DNA of 64,000 nt from the human T2T-CHM13v2.0 reference genome, Homo sapiens (GCF_009914755.1 NC_060948.1); one strand, 5' to 3'. Positions 31,362-57,589 are shown, numbered from the stretch's first letter. A program made the numbers and translations. Notes: a model not told the origin generated them from the letters alone.

Positions 31362-32599
31362 GCCTACAAACCTTGTACAGGGACTGTGTAGACAAGGTTC
31401 ATTTTTCCAAGGGGCTTTCATTGACTTTGTAAGTGAAGGTTCACCCCTTAAAGGGAAACACATCCTTCCAGTCAAAGCCTTTGTAAAACAGCCAGTTTTT
31501 CCAGTTTTGTGTTGTTGCAAAAGAAAATGGATTCTTATTGCTCTGATTCAGACCACTATATTTTTGTAAGTCAGGAATACTCACAACTAGTTTCTGAGTA
31601 CTAGAAGAACCAGGCAGTGAAACACAAATATGTTCCAAATGTTGTTCACAAGAGTGTACCTTACTCAATTGATAAAAGCTATAGCTAGCTCAAAAGCCTA
31701 ACCTGAAAAAAACAAAACAATGATCAGCAATGTTCCAAGCAAAAGTCAAAAAGATTATTTAACTTCATATATTTGTTTATTTTATTTAGTTAACTCTTGT
31801 TCTGTTTGATATACATAAATACTTCAGCTTTTCATGAGTCCTATATATTTTCCTGTTATCAGAAACCTGAATTTGACAGCAACTCTTATAGTTCTAGAGC
31901 TGATAATAGATCATCCTTTGAAGAGGATTAAAACATGAAAATTTTCTGTTATGACAAAATGGCTAGTATAGTTATAGCCAAGAATGTAATTGACATAGAA
32001 ACTTAGGTATTTCTGTGGTTTACAACAGCTTAACATAATAAATTTAATTATGACTGATAGCAAAAAATCAGACATTAGAACCTGAGACATTTCATCCAGT
32101 TTTAGAACATACGTTAACATTATTTACTGAAATATACCTGAAGAAATTAGGTATAATTTAGGCAAAGTCATGTATCTAAAAAAGTTAAATAATCCTGTTT
32201 TCCTCTCATTTGAACATTCTACTGGCCTCTGTAGTATCCAGAAGCAAGGGTGTCAGGGAAGATGACATTGAAACTGTAGTTTTTACTTTGGGAAGTCTGT
32301 TAAATATGTTAGAGTTTTAAAACATTTGATGTTATGAAACAGAATTCCATATTACCATAGGTTGTTTATTTTGCTAAAATGTGACTCAAAAATTTGAAAA
32401 AGCAAAAACCTTTCATTAACCTTCAGTATTACATAAAAATTCTGTTCAAGAAAGGAAAAAGCCAATTATCATGTCTGCATTTTTCTACTATTAATTTTTA
32501 ATCTAATTTTTAATAAAATATTACAGACAATTCTACTCAGTCTCAACCAGTTTGATAAGGAGGATAAATTTTCACAAAACTTTTACAACCCCTTCAAAT

Positions 32600-38790
<6,191 letters not shown>

Positions 38791-41700
38791 ACCCCTTCAA
38801 ATATTTTTCTAAAGAGCATATTAACATCTTAAGAAAGCCTTGTTTTGCTTTTATTTAATACTAAATTTATGAAAAATCCTCTTGAATTTATTCAATAAAT
38901 CAATATACAGAGTTTCCTGTGCAAAATTAATTTTTACAATCTTTCTACAATTTTTTAAATATTTTACTTATTTTATCTAATTTAAGACAATCCTTTATCC
39001 CTAGGCAAAATTAGGGTTTCTATGCCTTCTTATGATCTTTTACTAAAAACACATTTTACTGTATTTACATACCTTGCATTGAAATCTATTTTCAATAGTT
39101 TCAATTACATGTCATAATGGCAATTCTTAGCAACTTTCACATTAATGTAAAACCTGGTAGGTTGTTTCAATGATACCTTAGCTGCAGAAAAAGTTTGACT
39201 CCTTCCAAAATAATTAGAAACATCATTATTTCCGTATGTTCCCAGGCCTTATCCATTGTGAAGTAAGTAAAATCAACAGTTCCCCAAGAGGAAAGAAGCA
39301 GTTTACATTCTTGAAACATTTAGCAAACCTAGTATTTGACTTGTGTAATTTAGACCACATCTTTATGTCTAGAAAACACTTGTATATTACCAATAATCTC
39401 CAAGATTTTTTATTTATTTTTGAAAATTGATGTCACATAAAGTAAGAGGCATTACAGCTTTTATTTTTTCTAAAATATTGTAGGCCAATGAATTACAGCT
39501 TTTTTAAAAGAGACATCATACACATAATGCATATATGACTACACAGACAGAAGAAGATCCAGTAGCTCAGGGTATACCCTTTTAAGAATAGTGCTAGGAA
39601 ATCATGTAGTTTTTGGGACCTAACAAACAGGCATAGCTGGAAGATTAAAACAGATTTTCATAGGGATTTAGCCACCACTAATTCCAGGGGTTCCCTGAGG
39701 AAAATAGAGATTTTTTTCCTCAAAATGGAATCTGTAACACCTTTTCTGTTTTCATAAGGAGTCCCAGGTCACCAGACGTCATCTTACACTCTTTCAGGCA
39801 TGCACCAACATTGGCAAGGCAGAGTGGAGAAAAGTAATTCAGCCAAATATGTTTTTTCCAGAAAAACAACACTAATTAAGAGAAAAACATAGAGGCCTTT
39901 AAACTATACCTATAGCTTATATATTCATTTTTAATTAAGCTGAGTGCTTTTTAATAAAGTCCTTTTTTATTAATCAAAACTTTACAAAGAATAAATACTG
40001 TAATTCTTATCTTTTTCTTTAACCAGAATTACTTGTTCACAATCATGTTCAGTTTCCTCAGTGTTTTCTAGGAGGAAGTGGCTGAATTCAGGCAACGATA
40101 CGTTTTTAACTAGACTGTAGACTGGACTGTAGATTCCTCTAGGAGCAAAATAGGATATTTGGGGGAGGTGATATTGTCTGTTAGCCAGAGACTCTATTTT
40201 GAAGGTAGCAGTACCCTATATATTGTGTGGTATGTAAGTAGTTGAGTTATTCCCCATGGTTATCCTACTGGCCTCTGGCACCAAGAAAGCCATCACTGCA
40301 AATGCTTGAAGGCAGGCTGCCCATCCTTTACTCACCGATTTAAGTTACTTGCTTATCTAATTCACTGACTATTGAGCTGGACCTCCAGCCTGAGATAAAA
40401 CTCTCAGTGCCATTCCCTTTCCCAGTTTCATAGAGACTGAATGCCTTACCTATGGGAACACTGAGAGCTGGTGTTTTTAGTAAGAGTTACTTTAGATAGT
40501 TAAAGACATTTTGAGCCTCAAGTTTCCAGGTCAAATAATGACTTTTAACTGCTTGAGTTTCTTTTATGAGGTGGTGTAAATCAGAAGCTATTTCACCATA
40601 CCTGGGTACCCACAGTCTGCAAAACCCTGCAGTGCCTAAGAATCCCCTGAACTGTTAAAGAAAATGGGATTAATTCTCATATGGTGCTCTTGTCCCTTCT
40701 GATAAGACCAGACCTAGGTATTTTAATAAATCTGAGACAGGTGAGCTTTAGATTTTAACACTCTATATGCCCTTTCAGCTAAGAAATTGAGGAGAGCCTC
40801 AGTGTCTTTGTGAAACTTCCTCCAGTGGGGCACATAGGAGAGTGACATTTAAATACTGCAAAGTTTCTACTTGGGGATGAGAAAAAATAAAAAGATATTC
40901 AGGTATGCTTATTTCTGTAACTTTCTTTTGATATCAGGGGCTGCCTAAGTAATAAACCTATTCATTGAATTGGGAGACAGGGAGGTGTAAGTAATAAACC
41001 TGTTTTTTTGTTGAATTGGGAGACAGGGAGATGTATTTCTCTAAGACCTCTTTTAGCCTTTTCATAGAGGCTGAGGGGTTTCCATCTGGTTTTTGATCCT
41101 ATTTTGGAAAGCTTGGAGTAGTTAATACATTTACTTTAGTCTCTTGCAAGTCCTCCAGTACACAAATTTGAAAGAATTTCCTTCTCCATTTTTGATTGTT
41201 ATCACTGTGGTCTCATTTATGGTCCTCCAATTCACTGTTGGCTTCCCTGTTGGCTTCCCCTTCCCTGAAACATTCTTCCAAGAGACTTTAAATACTTGGA
41301 TTAAATTCTAGAATGCCTCTATATATCTATCAGGGAGATGAGAGAATTTGCCTAGGTCCTCCTTTATTTGTCTAGGGTTCTGCAGTGAGCAGGGAAATTT
41401 AACTCTAGTAGCACCATGTCCATTGGACATTTTCTGCAGATGCAAAAATGCAGTTGGGTATTACTCAAAGTAAACTTCAGAGTCTGAGAGATGAAGGAGA
41501 TTCAGGCTGCACTGAAGGGGACTGCAGGCTTAAAGATTACTGATCTGGAAAAGACAGAAGAAAAGGCATTGGTCAGTCTTCTGAGTGACTTAGGGTGGAG
41601 AGAAAGGCTGAAATAGCATCTCTCCTCACCACTTTTATCTGGTCCTCTGTGTTCTGGCACCTGTCAGAGGTGCCACACATGGATGCAAGCATGACCTTCA

Positions 41701-41963
41701 CCCATGGATTGGGAGAACCTAGTCAGCAGAATTAGTCATGTTTACCTCTGCAGGGACATAGCCTTCCATGCTGCTTGTTTCCTAGACCCTGTTGGCCCAT
41801 AAAGTTCCCAGGGTGCCATAGGGGTCTTGGGAAATATTGAAATTCCAGAGAATTGGACCGACTCACTTTCAAACATAAAATCCCCTTTTTGTTAAAACAC
41901 TAATGTAGTTGGATGCAGAATAGGTGCCTCAAAAGAACATAAAGATTGGCTGTTTTCTTGACC

Positions 41964-42255
<292 letters not shown>

Positions 42256-43892
42256 TGTTTCCTGACTGCTAAAGGTAGAGATTCACTGTTTACAGAAAGA
42301 GCATGGAGCCTGATCTCTAATAGATGGAGGTAGGAGGGTGAGGAATTGGGGAACTGAAGGGTCCACAACAAGGATAAAAATATTTCATTTGACTTGGTGC
42401 TGTAAGATCTGAGATATAATAACTCAAATTCTTTAAATTCTTTCCAGCAGAAGTTAGAAAGTGAGGTTTGTGGTTTAATCAGGAATTCACATGATATGCC
42501 TCCCAGTGAAGGGAAATTAACTTTTCTCATTAAAAAAACTGTTTAAATTTATTGGGTAGTGCTCAGCTTTTACATGGAGAAAAAAAAACAACCCAATTGG
42601 ACAGGGAGGAGAGCATTCATTTAGTGTGAAATATTCTCCTATGTAGTGTACAAATGTGTATAATTGGAGACAAAAAGTACCCACTAGATGAGGTTTACAC
42701 TGAAATTCTGAGGTCTTCTTGACCAAGGAAATCACAGAAGCAGCAATTCTTCAAGTTACATTCCTGATTACTAAGGCACTGGCTAACTTTACCCAACAAT
42801 ATTACATCCTTAGGCTGTAAAAAAACACCCACAGTATTGCACAGAAGAAGGGATAGTAGACATGAAAGCTGTGAAAAGAAAAAAAGTGCAAAAAAATTCT
42901 GAAATTCCTGGTGCTGATACAAGACAGGCTGTCAGAGTCTGGAGTTAGCCCAAGGAACTTCAGGTAACACTGAGGTGTATCCTTGGTCAGAAATCTTTCT
43001 TTGCTTTATGACCTCCTTTCAAATTCACATGATGGTTAGATCCTCCATGAAAGCAAACTGGACTGAAACAGACTCAACATTCCCAAAACCCAATGACAAC
43101 TGGGCACAAAGAGTGAGGTTGAAGTGAAAGTTTAAAAAGCAAATAGGAAGGCTCTTTGTACTGTAAAGAGGAGCTGAGGGGGCTGTTATTCTTAGAGTTA
43201 AATCCAAAAGCTTTTATGAGAATCTCCTCTCATCTTTGTAGCTGTTTGGATAACTTTTCTAATTTGAAAAGCTTTCTATACAATTTTTCTCTTATTTATG
43301 TAGGTGTTAGCATGTCTCTAAGCAAGCACAAAGAGACACTTCTCTTGTTTGTATAACTGGTTTTGTTTTAGGGAAGCCTTCTTCCTCCTTGTGCAAGTTC
43401 CCATGGAGCTGATTATGTATATTCCCAAAAATAGAAGGAAAGTTTTTCCTGGGAGCCTACTAATTCCACAAAAAGAAGTCTTTTCTGCTGGGCCTTGCCT
43501 GCTTATTTTTGCTTGTAGATGTGACTTTTTTAGGTAGGTTGCTTCTACAAGGACTAGCCTCAGTGATCTACCTGATTTTTACTCATGTTCTTCCTCACCA
43601 TGGCCAACAATGTGGGCAGATGAGAATGAGAAACGCCTGAAAGCTATGCTTGCTTTCTTGCAGGGGAAGCTTATAACCTGGAACAAGTTTTGAATCTGAC
43701 GTGTGCACATTGTCTGTAGATAAACTTGGTTCTGTGAGTGCAGCACAGAGAAAGTGAGACTGGCCTCACCAACTGCCTGGTAGCTGGGCAAGATCTATTT
43801 CTACTGGCTTGCCCCCACTTTCCTAGTGACAGAGGCAGCCATACTACCCTCTGGAACATAACCTCATTTGCCCATGAACCACTCCTATTTCT

Positions 43893-43965
43893 CACTGGCT
43901 AATTTTATACTTTTAGTGCAGACAGGGTTTCACCATGTAGGTCAGGCTATTCTCAAGTATTCTCA
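43893..43965 (-). other. 64-bp internal Alu piece copied from 42116-42179
   Basis: Shares private variants 'tacttttagt' and 'catgtaggtcaggctattctcaa' with the nearby Alu; no tail, no TSD. Confidence 0.85.
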
Positions 43966-45390
43966 GCAAGCCCTGTCCAAGCAGTGTCTGATCTCAGACC
44001 TGCCTAACTCTGACCCCATCTGATTTAAATTTTCTACCTACCATGGTAGCTGAGTACAAAAGACATAAATTTGTGGAAACTTTTATTGCTCTGTCCATCA
44101 CATGAGTTACCAGCATACTTATCTTGGCCAACTTAGGGAGCCTTTTATTTTCTTGCCACTATTGCAGTTGGTGCTCTCTTGAAAGTGCCGCCTCCTCGCT
44201 GGTGGCCAATTAACTAAGGAAATTACAGCAACTCATGACAGAATAACCTTGCTTCAAGCAAGGATAAAACAACAGCTAATTCCAGTGCCTGCAACAAGCT
44301 GACTAATGAAAGTCTCTGAGCCTGCCCACATGAAACTCTACTGCTAGCATAATTAGTATTTGAGACAGTCAGCACACTAAACATATCTATAACAAAGGAC
44401 TCTCTCAGAGTCTACTTCACACCCAGGCTACCTTCACCAGAGCAGGTGTTGATTTTGCTGGGAGAACTGAAGATAGATCACATCACAATATTCTTTGAAA
44501 AATTCTCAATCACAAGTCCAATGCCTGGCAGTCACACTGGGTGTGGGTGGACCCAAAAATGCCAAAACATTAACTGCCACCTAGCTCTCACAAAACTCCA
44601 TTTCTAGGGGAAGGAGAAGCACAACACATCAAGGGATCATCTTGTGTTACAAAATAACTTAATAGCATCCCGTGAGTTCCAGATTTTTTTCAATGAAGTA
44701 CTCTACACAATTGAAAAGGAAACATAAAAATAATTTGGTATTATGACAAAACAAGGTTCTATAACATCCACAAAAGACCATACTAGCTACCCAGTAATGG
44801 ATTCAAACCAAGAAGAAATCTCTAAATTGCCAGCTTAAAAATTTGGAAGGTTGATTATTAAGCTACTAAAAATGATACCAAAGAAATGTGAAAATGAAAT
44901 TAAAGAAATAAAAAAGATATGGATAAAAACTAATCTCCAGAAGTTGATACTTTAAAGAAAAAAGAACCACAATTTCTGGAGATGAAAGACACACTTAGAG
45001 GAGTACAAAATGCACTTCAAACTGTCAATAATAGACTAAAACAAGTAGAATAAAGAACCTCAGAGCTCAAAGGCAAAGTTTTTGAATTAACTCAATGAAA
45101 CAGAGACAAAGAAACAAGAATATTTAAAAAATCAACAAAGCCTCCAAGAAATTTGGGATTATGTTAAAGAGCAAACCTAATAATAACTGATATTTCTGAG
45201 AAAGAAGAGAAATCTAAAAAAATTGAAAATACATATTTGAGGAAATAATTAAAAAATAATTTCCTGGCTTCACTACAGATCTAAATACCCAAATACAAGG
45301 AGCTAAAAAGAACAATTGGGAAATTTATTGCACAAAAAGTTAGTCATCAGGTTATCTACAGTCAAGGTAAAGAAAAGAGCCTTAAAAACT

Positions 45391-46234
45391 GTTGAGAAGA
45401 GTTAGCTAGCTTGTCTTAGGTACACAGCAATGAAAGGGTCCCCAGAAAGCCTCTGACCCACAGGTCAGTGCCTAGTCCCCACATAATATATGAAGTATCC
45501 TGTGAAAAAAAATCAAGCTGCAGGCACAGCTAAAAAAAAACTAGTACAGAAGGTTGTGCCTGGAGATATGCCCACAGTTGTGCAGAGAGGAGAACCTCCA
45601 GCCCATTTAGAATAGAACTTGCATAAACTTCTGACCTACTCAGATAAGGGAACAAGACCTGACATAGAAATGCCTTTGGCCTCCGTATAATTAGTTGACT
45701 TCCAGTAGAAAGTTTCTTCTCCTTTTATGGGCATAATCACATGGGCTTTAGTGGGTTCTGGTGGCCACTTTGCTTTTCTTTTTAGACTGTGAACCCAACT
45801 TCTATGAATTATCACTTTGGCTCCTGGTTGGTCCCAGGCCAAGGTTCCCAGCCCAGCTTTCACTTCTGCTCCTGACAGGTTGCTGGTCAAGCTGAGTAGC
45901 CCCAATGTATCATCATTTCAGCTCCTAATTGGTTCCAGGACAACGTCTGGGGTCAAGCAAGCTGAATCATGCTTTGTCTCAGAGGGCTTACAGAAAAAGT
46001 ACATTCTTTTCTATTCCCAGTCCATAAAAACCCCAGACCTCAGCATAATTGTGGACAATTCATTTGGGCCCCTTCTGCACTGGTGGAATCTTTCTTCTTT
46101 TGCTTATTGAACTCTTCCTCCAAGTTCACCATTGTTTCCATATTTCTTACTTACATTGGATGTAATACAAAGAACTCTGGTATTATCTCAGACAACGAGA
46201 GACTGTTGCATCTTCATGTAGTGGTGAATATACA
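45391..46234 (+). mobile_element. Solo LTR, LTR25-like (MER4 group)
   Basis: 'gagttagctagcttgtcttagg..aagggtccccagaaagcc..atcaagctgcaggcac', ~845 bp, TG...CA ends. Confidence 0.65.
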
Positions 46235-46844
46235 ACAAGAAATACCTGGGAAATGTAACACAAAAATATCATCATCTTGGCACATATCATCAGGTTACCT
46301 AAATTCAAGATTGAAAAGAGCTCTGAAGTAAAAGCTTGAGTTAACCTATAAAGGAAAACCTATCATATTAACTGCAAATTTCTTAGCAAAAATCCTATAA
46401 GTCAAAATGGATTGTGGTCGTACCTTACCTCCTCATACAAAATAATTGTTAGCCAAGAATTTTTTATTCAGTAAAACTAAGCTTGATAAATTAAGGTAAG
46501 ATTAAATCTTTTTCAAACAAATGCTGTGACAATTCACCTCTATCAAGCCAGCAATATAAGAAATGCTAAACTGTAAGTTGTAAATCTTGAAACAAATTCT
46601 CCAAATACATCAAAATAAAACCTGTTTAAGCACAAATTTTACAGGACCTATTACAAAACTTATTCAGGCAACACAACAAAAAGGTATTCCAGAAACAACT
46701 AGCATTATGAATAAAACAGCACCTCACATCTTAATATTAATGTTGAACGTAAATGTCCTAAATACTCTACTTAAAAGATACAGAATGGCAGAATAGATAC
46801 AAATTCACCAGCCAAGTGTCTGCTGTCTTCAAGAGATCCACCTG

Positions 46845-47141
<297 letters not shown>

Positions 47142-47695
47142 GGAAAAAAAGTGGGAAGGATTAGTCATTCTTAGATTAAACAAAACAGACTTCAAGATAA
47201 TTAAAAAACCCAAAGAATCACAATATGCAATAATGAAAGGACAAATTTATCAGGAAAATATCACAGTCCTAAACACTTACATCTAAGACTGAAACTCCTG
47301 AATTTATTTAACAATTATTACTAGGCCTATGGAATAAGTTAGACAGCCACACAATAATAGTGGAGAGACTTCAGTACACCATTGATAGCACTAGACAGTT
47401 CATCAAGACAGAATGTTAACAAAGAAATAATGTACTTAAACTATACCCTAGAACAAATGAACTTAACATGTATTTCCAGATTTTTCTACCCAAGGACTGT
47501 AGAATATATCTTTTCATTAGCACATGCAACTATCTCCAATATGGACCATATGATACAACACAGATCAAATCACAATATACTTAAGAAAGTCAAAATTATA
47601 TCAAGTACCCTCTCAGACCATAGTGGAATAAACCTAGAAGTCAACTACAAAAAGAACCCTCAAAGCTATACAAAAGCACAGAAATTGAATATTCT

Positions 47696-48584
47696 TGTGA
47701 TGGAAAATATTGAGTGTCAACTTGATTGAACTGAAGAATGAAAAGTATTGTGCCTTAGTGTGTCTGTGAGGGTGTTGCCAAAGTAGTAGAGAAGATCCAA
47801 ATAATCTCACAGAGGGTTAACATTTGAGTCAGTGGACTGGGAGAGAAAAATTCACCCTCAATCTGGGTGGGCAGCATCTCATCAGTGGCCAGCATAGGCA
47901 GGATAAAAGCAAGAAGAGAAATGTGAAAGAACAAGACTGTGCCAGGTGCAATGGCTCATGCCTGTAATCCTAGCACTTTGGGAGGCTGAGGTGGCTGCAT
48001 CACAAGGTCAGGAGATCGAGATCATCCTGGCTAACACAGTGAAGCCCTGTCTGTACTAAAAATACAAAAAATTAGCCGGGCATGGTGGCAGGCACCTGTA
48101 GTCCCAGTTACTCAGGAGGTTGAGGCAGGAGAAGGCCATGAACCCGCGATGCAGAGCTTGAAGTGACCCAAGATCCTGCCACTGCACTCCAGCCTGGGCT
48201 ACAGAGTGAGAATTTGTCTCAAAAAAAAAAAAAAAAAAAAAGAACAAGACCGGCTGAGTATTTTTCCTCCATCTTTCTCCTATGCTGGATGCTTCCTGAA
48301 CTCTAACCTGAGATTCAAAGTTCTTCAGCTTTTTTACTCTTGGACTTACAACAGTAATTGCCGAGGGGATAATAGGCCTTTGACCACAGACTGAGGCTAC
48401 ATTATCAGCTTTCCTACTTTTGTGATTTTGGGACTCAGACTGGCTTCTTTTCTCCAAAGCTTGTAGATGGCCTATTGTGGGACTTCAACTTGTGATCATG
48501 TGGGTCAATTCACATAATAAACTCCTTTTCATATATTCATCTATCCTATTGGTTCTGTCCCTTTAGAGAACCCAGACTAATACA
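47696..48584 (+). mobile_element. Solo LTR MLT2A (ERVL)
   Basis: 'tgtgatgg..tattgagtgtcaacttgattg' to 'gagaacccagactaataca'; approximate 5-bp TSD attct/aatct. Confidence 0.9.
47940..48240 (+). mobile_element. AluY-like inside MLT2A
   Basis: AluY diagnostics; TSD aaagaacaagac. Confidence 0.9.
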
Positions 48585-48648
48585 AAATCTTGTAAATGAT
48601 CCTGAGTTGACTATGGAATAAAGATAGTAATTAAAAAACTCTTTGAGT

Positions 48649-54670
<6,022 letters not shown>

Positions 54671-55060
54671 TTCTTTGAACTGAATTACATTAGTGACACA
54701 ACTTATCAAAACCTCTGGGATACAGCAAAAGCAGTACTAAGAGGAAAGTTTATGGCATTAAATATCTACATCAAAAGTTGGAAAATGCAAAAATAGACAA
54801 TATAAGGTCGCATTTCAAGGAACTAGAGAAATAAGAGCAAGCCAAACCCAGACAAACAAAGAAAAGAGATAACGAAGATAATAGCAGAGCTAAGTAAAAT
54901 GGAAACAAAAGCAATACAAAAGATAAATGTAACCAAAAGCCAGTTATTTGAAAAAATAAAAAGATTGATAGACTGTTAGTGAGACTAATTTAGAAAAGAG
55001 AAGATCCAAAGAAGTTCAATTGGAAACAAAACAAGAGATATTATGACCAATACCACAGAA

Positions 55061-55237
55061 CTCCAAACATCTGGGACTACAGGCTCATGCCCCCATACCT
55101 GGCTCATTTTTTGTATTTTTATTGGAGACGGGGTTTCACCATGTTAGCCAGGCTGGTCTCCATCTCCTGACCTTGTGACTTGCCTGCTGCGGCCTTCCAA
55201 AGTCTGGAGTTGCAGGCATGAGCCACCTCTTCTGGCC
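55061..55237 (-). mobile_element. Partial Alu (left arm plus part of right arm) fused to the truncated L1PB
   Basis: 'ctgggactacagg...gagccacctcttctggcc'; no poly(T). Confidence 0.8.
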
Positions 55238-55289
55238 TTCAATTTGTTTTGGTAGTTGCTGATAAGAGTATATCCTTTTAATCTTTAAT

Positions 55290-56210
55290 GTTTTTTTAAA
55301 GACCTTTTATAAGGGAGTTCCAGTGGTAATGAATTATCTCAGCATACACTTGTCTGAAAAATATCCTATTTCCACCTCAGAAAGCTTAATTTGGCTGTAT
55401 ATAAAATTTTTGTCTTTTTTTTCTTTAAGAATGGTGAACACTGGGCTCCCAATCTCTTCTGGCTGGCAGGATATCTGCTGAAACATCTTCTTTTAACCGA
55501 ATGTGGTTTCCTTTGTACTTACATGCCCTTCCTCTCTAACTGCCTTTAGCATTTTAAAATTCATTTAGACCTTGGAGAATCTGATTACTGTGTTTCTTTG
55601 GGATGATCTTCTTGTGCAGTATCTCATGTGGGTTATTTGCAATTCCTGAATTTGAATCTTGGCCTCTCTAGTGAAGCTGGAAAGTTCTTCTTGAACATGT
55701 TTTCAAAGTTGTTTGCTTTCGCCACAATTTTTTCAGAATGCCAGTGTATTACAGGTTTGGTCTTTTTACACAATTCCATACTTCTCAGAAGTTTTCTTTG
55801 TTCTTTTTAGTTTAATTCTGTCTAAGTTAGTTAGCAGAATGTGTTGTCAAGCTCTGAGATTCTTTCCTCAGTTGGATTTTTTTTTGCTATTAATACTTAC
55901 GATTACATTATACAATTTTTGTAATGTGTTTTTCAGCTTTATTACATCAGTTTAGTTCTGTCTTATACTGGCCAGTTCATCTGCCAGCTCCTGTATCATT
56001 TTATTGTATTTCTTAGGTTTCTTAAATTACACACAGATTTTACTTTAAATCACAGTCATCTTCATTTCTATCCATATTTTAAATTGTATTTCAATTTTTG
56101 CAGCTATTTCAGCCTGCTTAAGAATCCTTCCTGAAGAAGTTGTGTGATATTTTTCATGAAAAGAAGACACCAAGGACTTTCGAGTTGCCAAAGTTCTTGA
56201 ACTGGTGTTT
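55290..56210 (-). mobile_element. Old L1 ORF1-region fragment
   Basis: 'aatctcttctggctggcaggatatctgctga', 'gaccttggagaatctgattactgtg'. Confidence 0.7.
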
Positions 56211-57184
56211 GATTACATAGTATTTTAAAATATTTTTCTGTATTTATACATTTATATGTATATATAATTTTGTGAACATCTATAGACCTATTTATAGGAT
56301 GTTTTAATAATCAAGTTATTCACCAACATTAAGAAATCACTATTTTCATGTTGGTTGAACAATTATTTCTATATGCAAAGCAAACTTGGGCAAAAGAATT
56401 CAGTAGAAAAAGCAAAGTACAGTAGGATGTTTGCATAGGTTATCTATAAATAGAAAAAAAAAAGGTGAAACCAGAAACAATTAAATCAAACAAACAAACC
56501 TGAACTGAAAACCCATTGAACATTTGTCAAGTGTATTATGTATTAGAAGATATATGACAACAGTGTGTTAAGTCTAGTTCTTTTCTGAGGAGTGTGTATC
56601 CAGACTTTTCCTTTTTAGACAACTTATTTCTTTACACTTGGGATGGCTTAAGGGAAAGAAGGCCGTATATCAATACCTACTATTTCTTCACTAACAAAAG
56701 AAACAGTATGAAAAGACTTTAGAGTTTATATTCTCCAACTGTCTAGTGATCAAATCCCTTCTCAAGATGGTACTTGTCTTTACTAGGCAGAAGCAGGGAA
56801 CTTCTCCCATTATGAGGCATGCCACATTTTAGCTTCCACTGTTTATCAGCCTTTTTAAATATTAAGCTGAATTGTTTCTCCATATTCTAACTTTGTCATA
56901 TGAAGCAAACCTCTTCTAATACCTCTTCTGTATAATGAGTTTTATTAATTTTTTACATACACACATATTTTTAAAAAATATTTGAAAATTTATTGCTTTA
57001 GGTTTACATACTTCAAGACATTTTAATTCTACATACTTGAATATATATCTTAAAGGAACAAGAGATTATCCTCATTTCCACAACATATAGTCAAGGAATT
57101 TAACATTGACATAACATTATTCTCTCATGTAATTTTACACATTTCTTTTAAAAAGTTCTTCAATTGTCCTTATGCATTCTACTA

Positions 57185-57589
57185 TTTATTTATTTATTTT
57201 TTTTAAGACCGAGTCTCGCTCTGTTGCCCAGGCTGGAGTACAGTGGCTTGATCTCAGCTCACTGCAAGCTCCTTCTCCTGGGTTCACACCCTTCTCCCAC
57301 CTCACCATCCTGAGTAGCAGGGACTATAGATGCCTACCGCCACACCTGGTTGATTTTGTTTTTGTATTTTTACATTTACATTGGAGTTTAGTTCCTGTTT
57401 GGTTCTCAGCATGAATGTTATTGAAATATGAAAATATTACTAGCTTTTGTACATTTATTCTGTACAGTGAAAGTCTGCATGGGTTTTCACCATGTTAGCC
57501 AGGATGGTCTCGATCTCCTGACGTCATGATCTGCCCTCCTTGGCCTCCCAAAGTGCAGGGAATACAGGTGTGAGCCCCTGCACCCAGCC
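57185..57589 (-). mobile_element. AluY-like with a ~108-bp old-L1 insert at 57373-57480
   Basis: Alu arms flank 'gttcctgtttggttctcagcatgaatgttattg..ttttgtacatttattctgtacagtgaaa' (antisense L1 ORF2-like). Confidence 0.8.
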
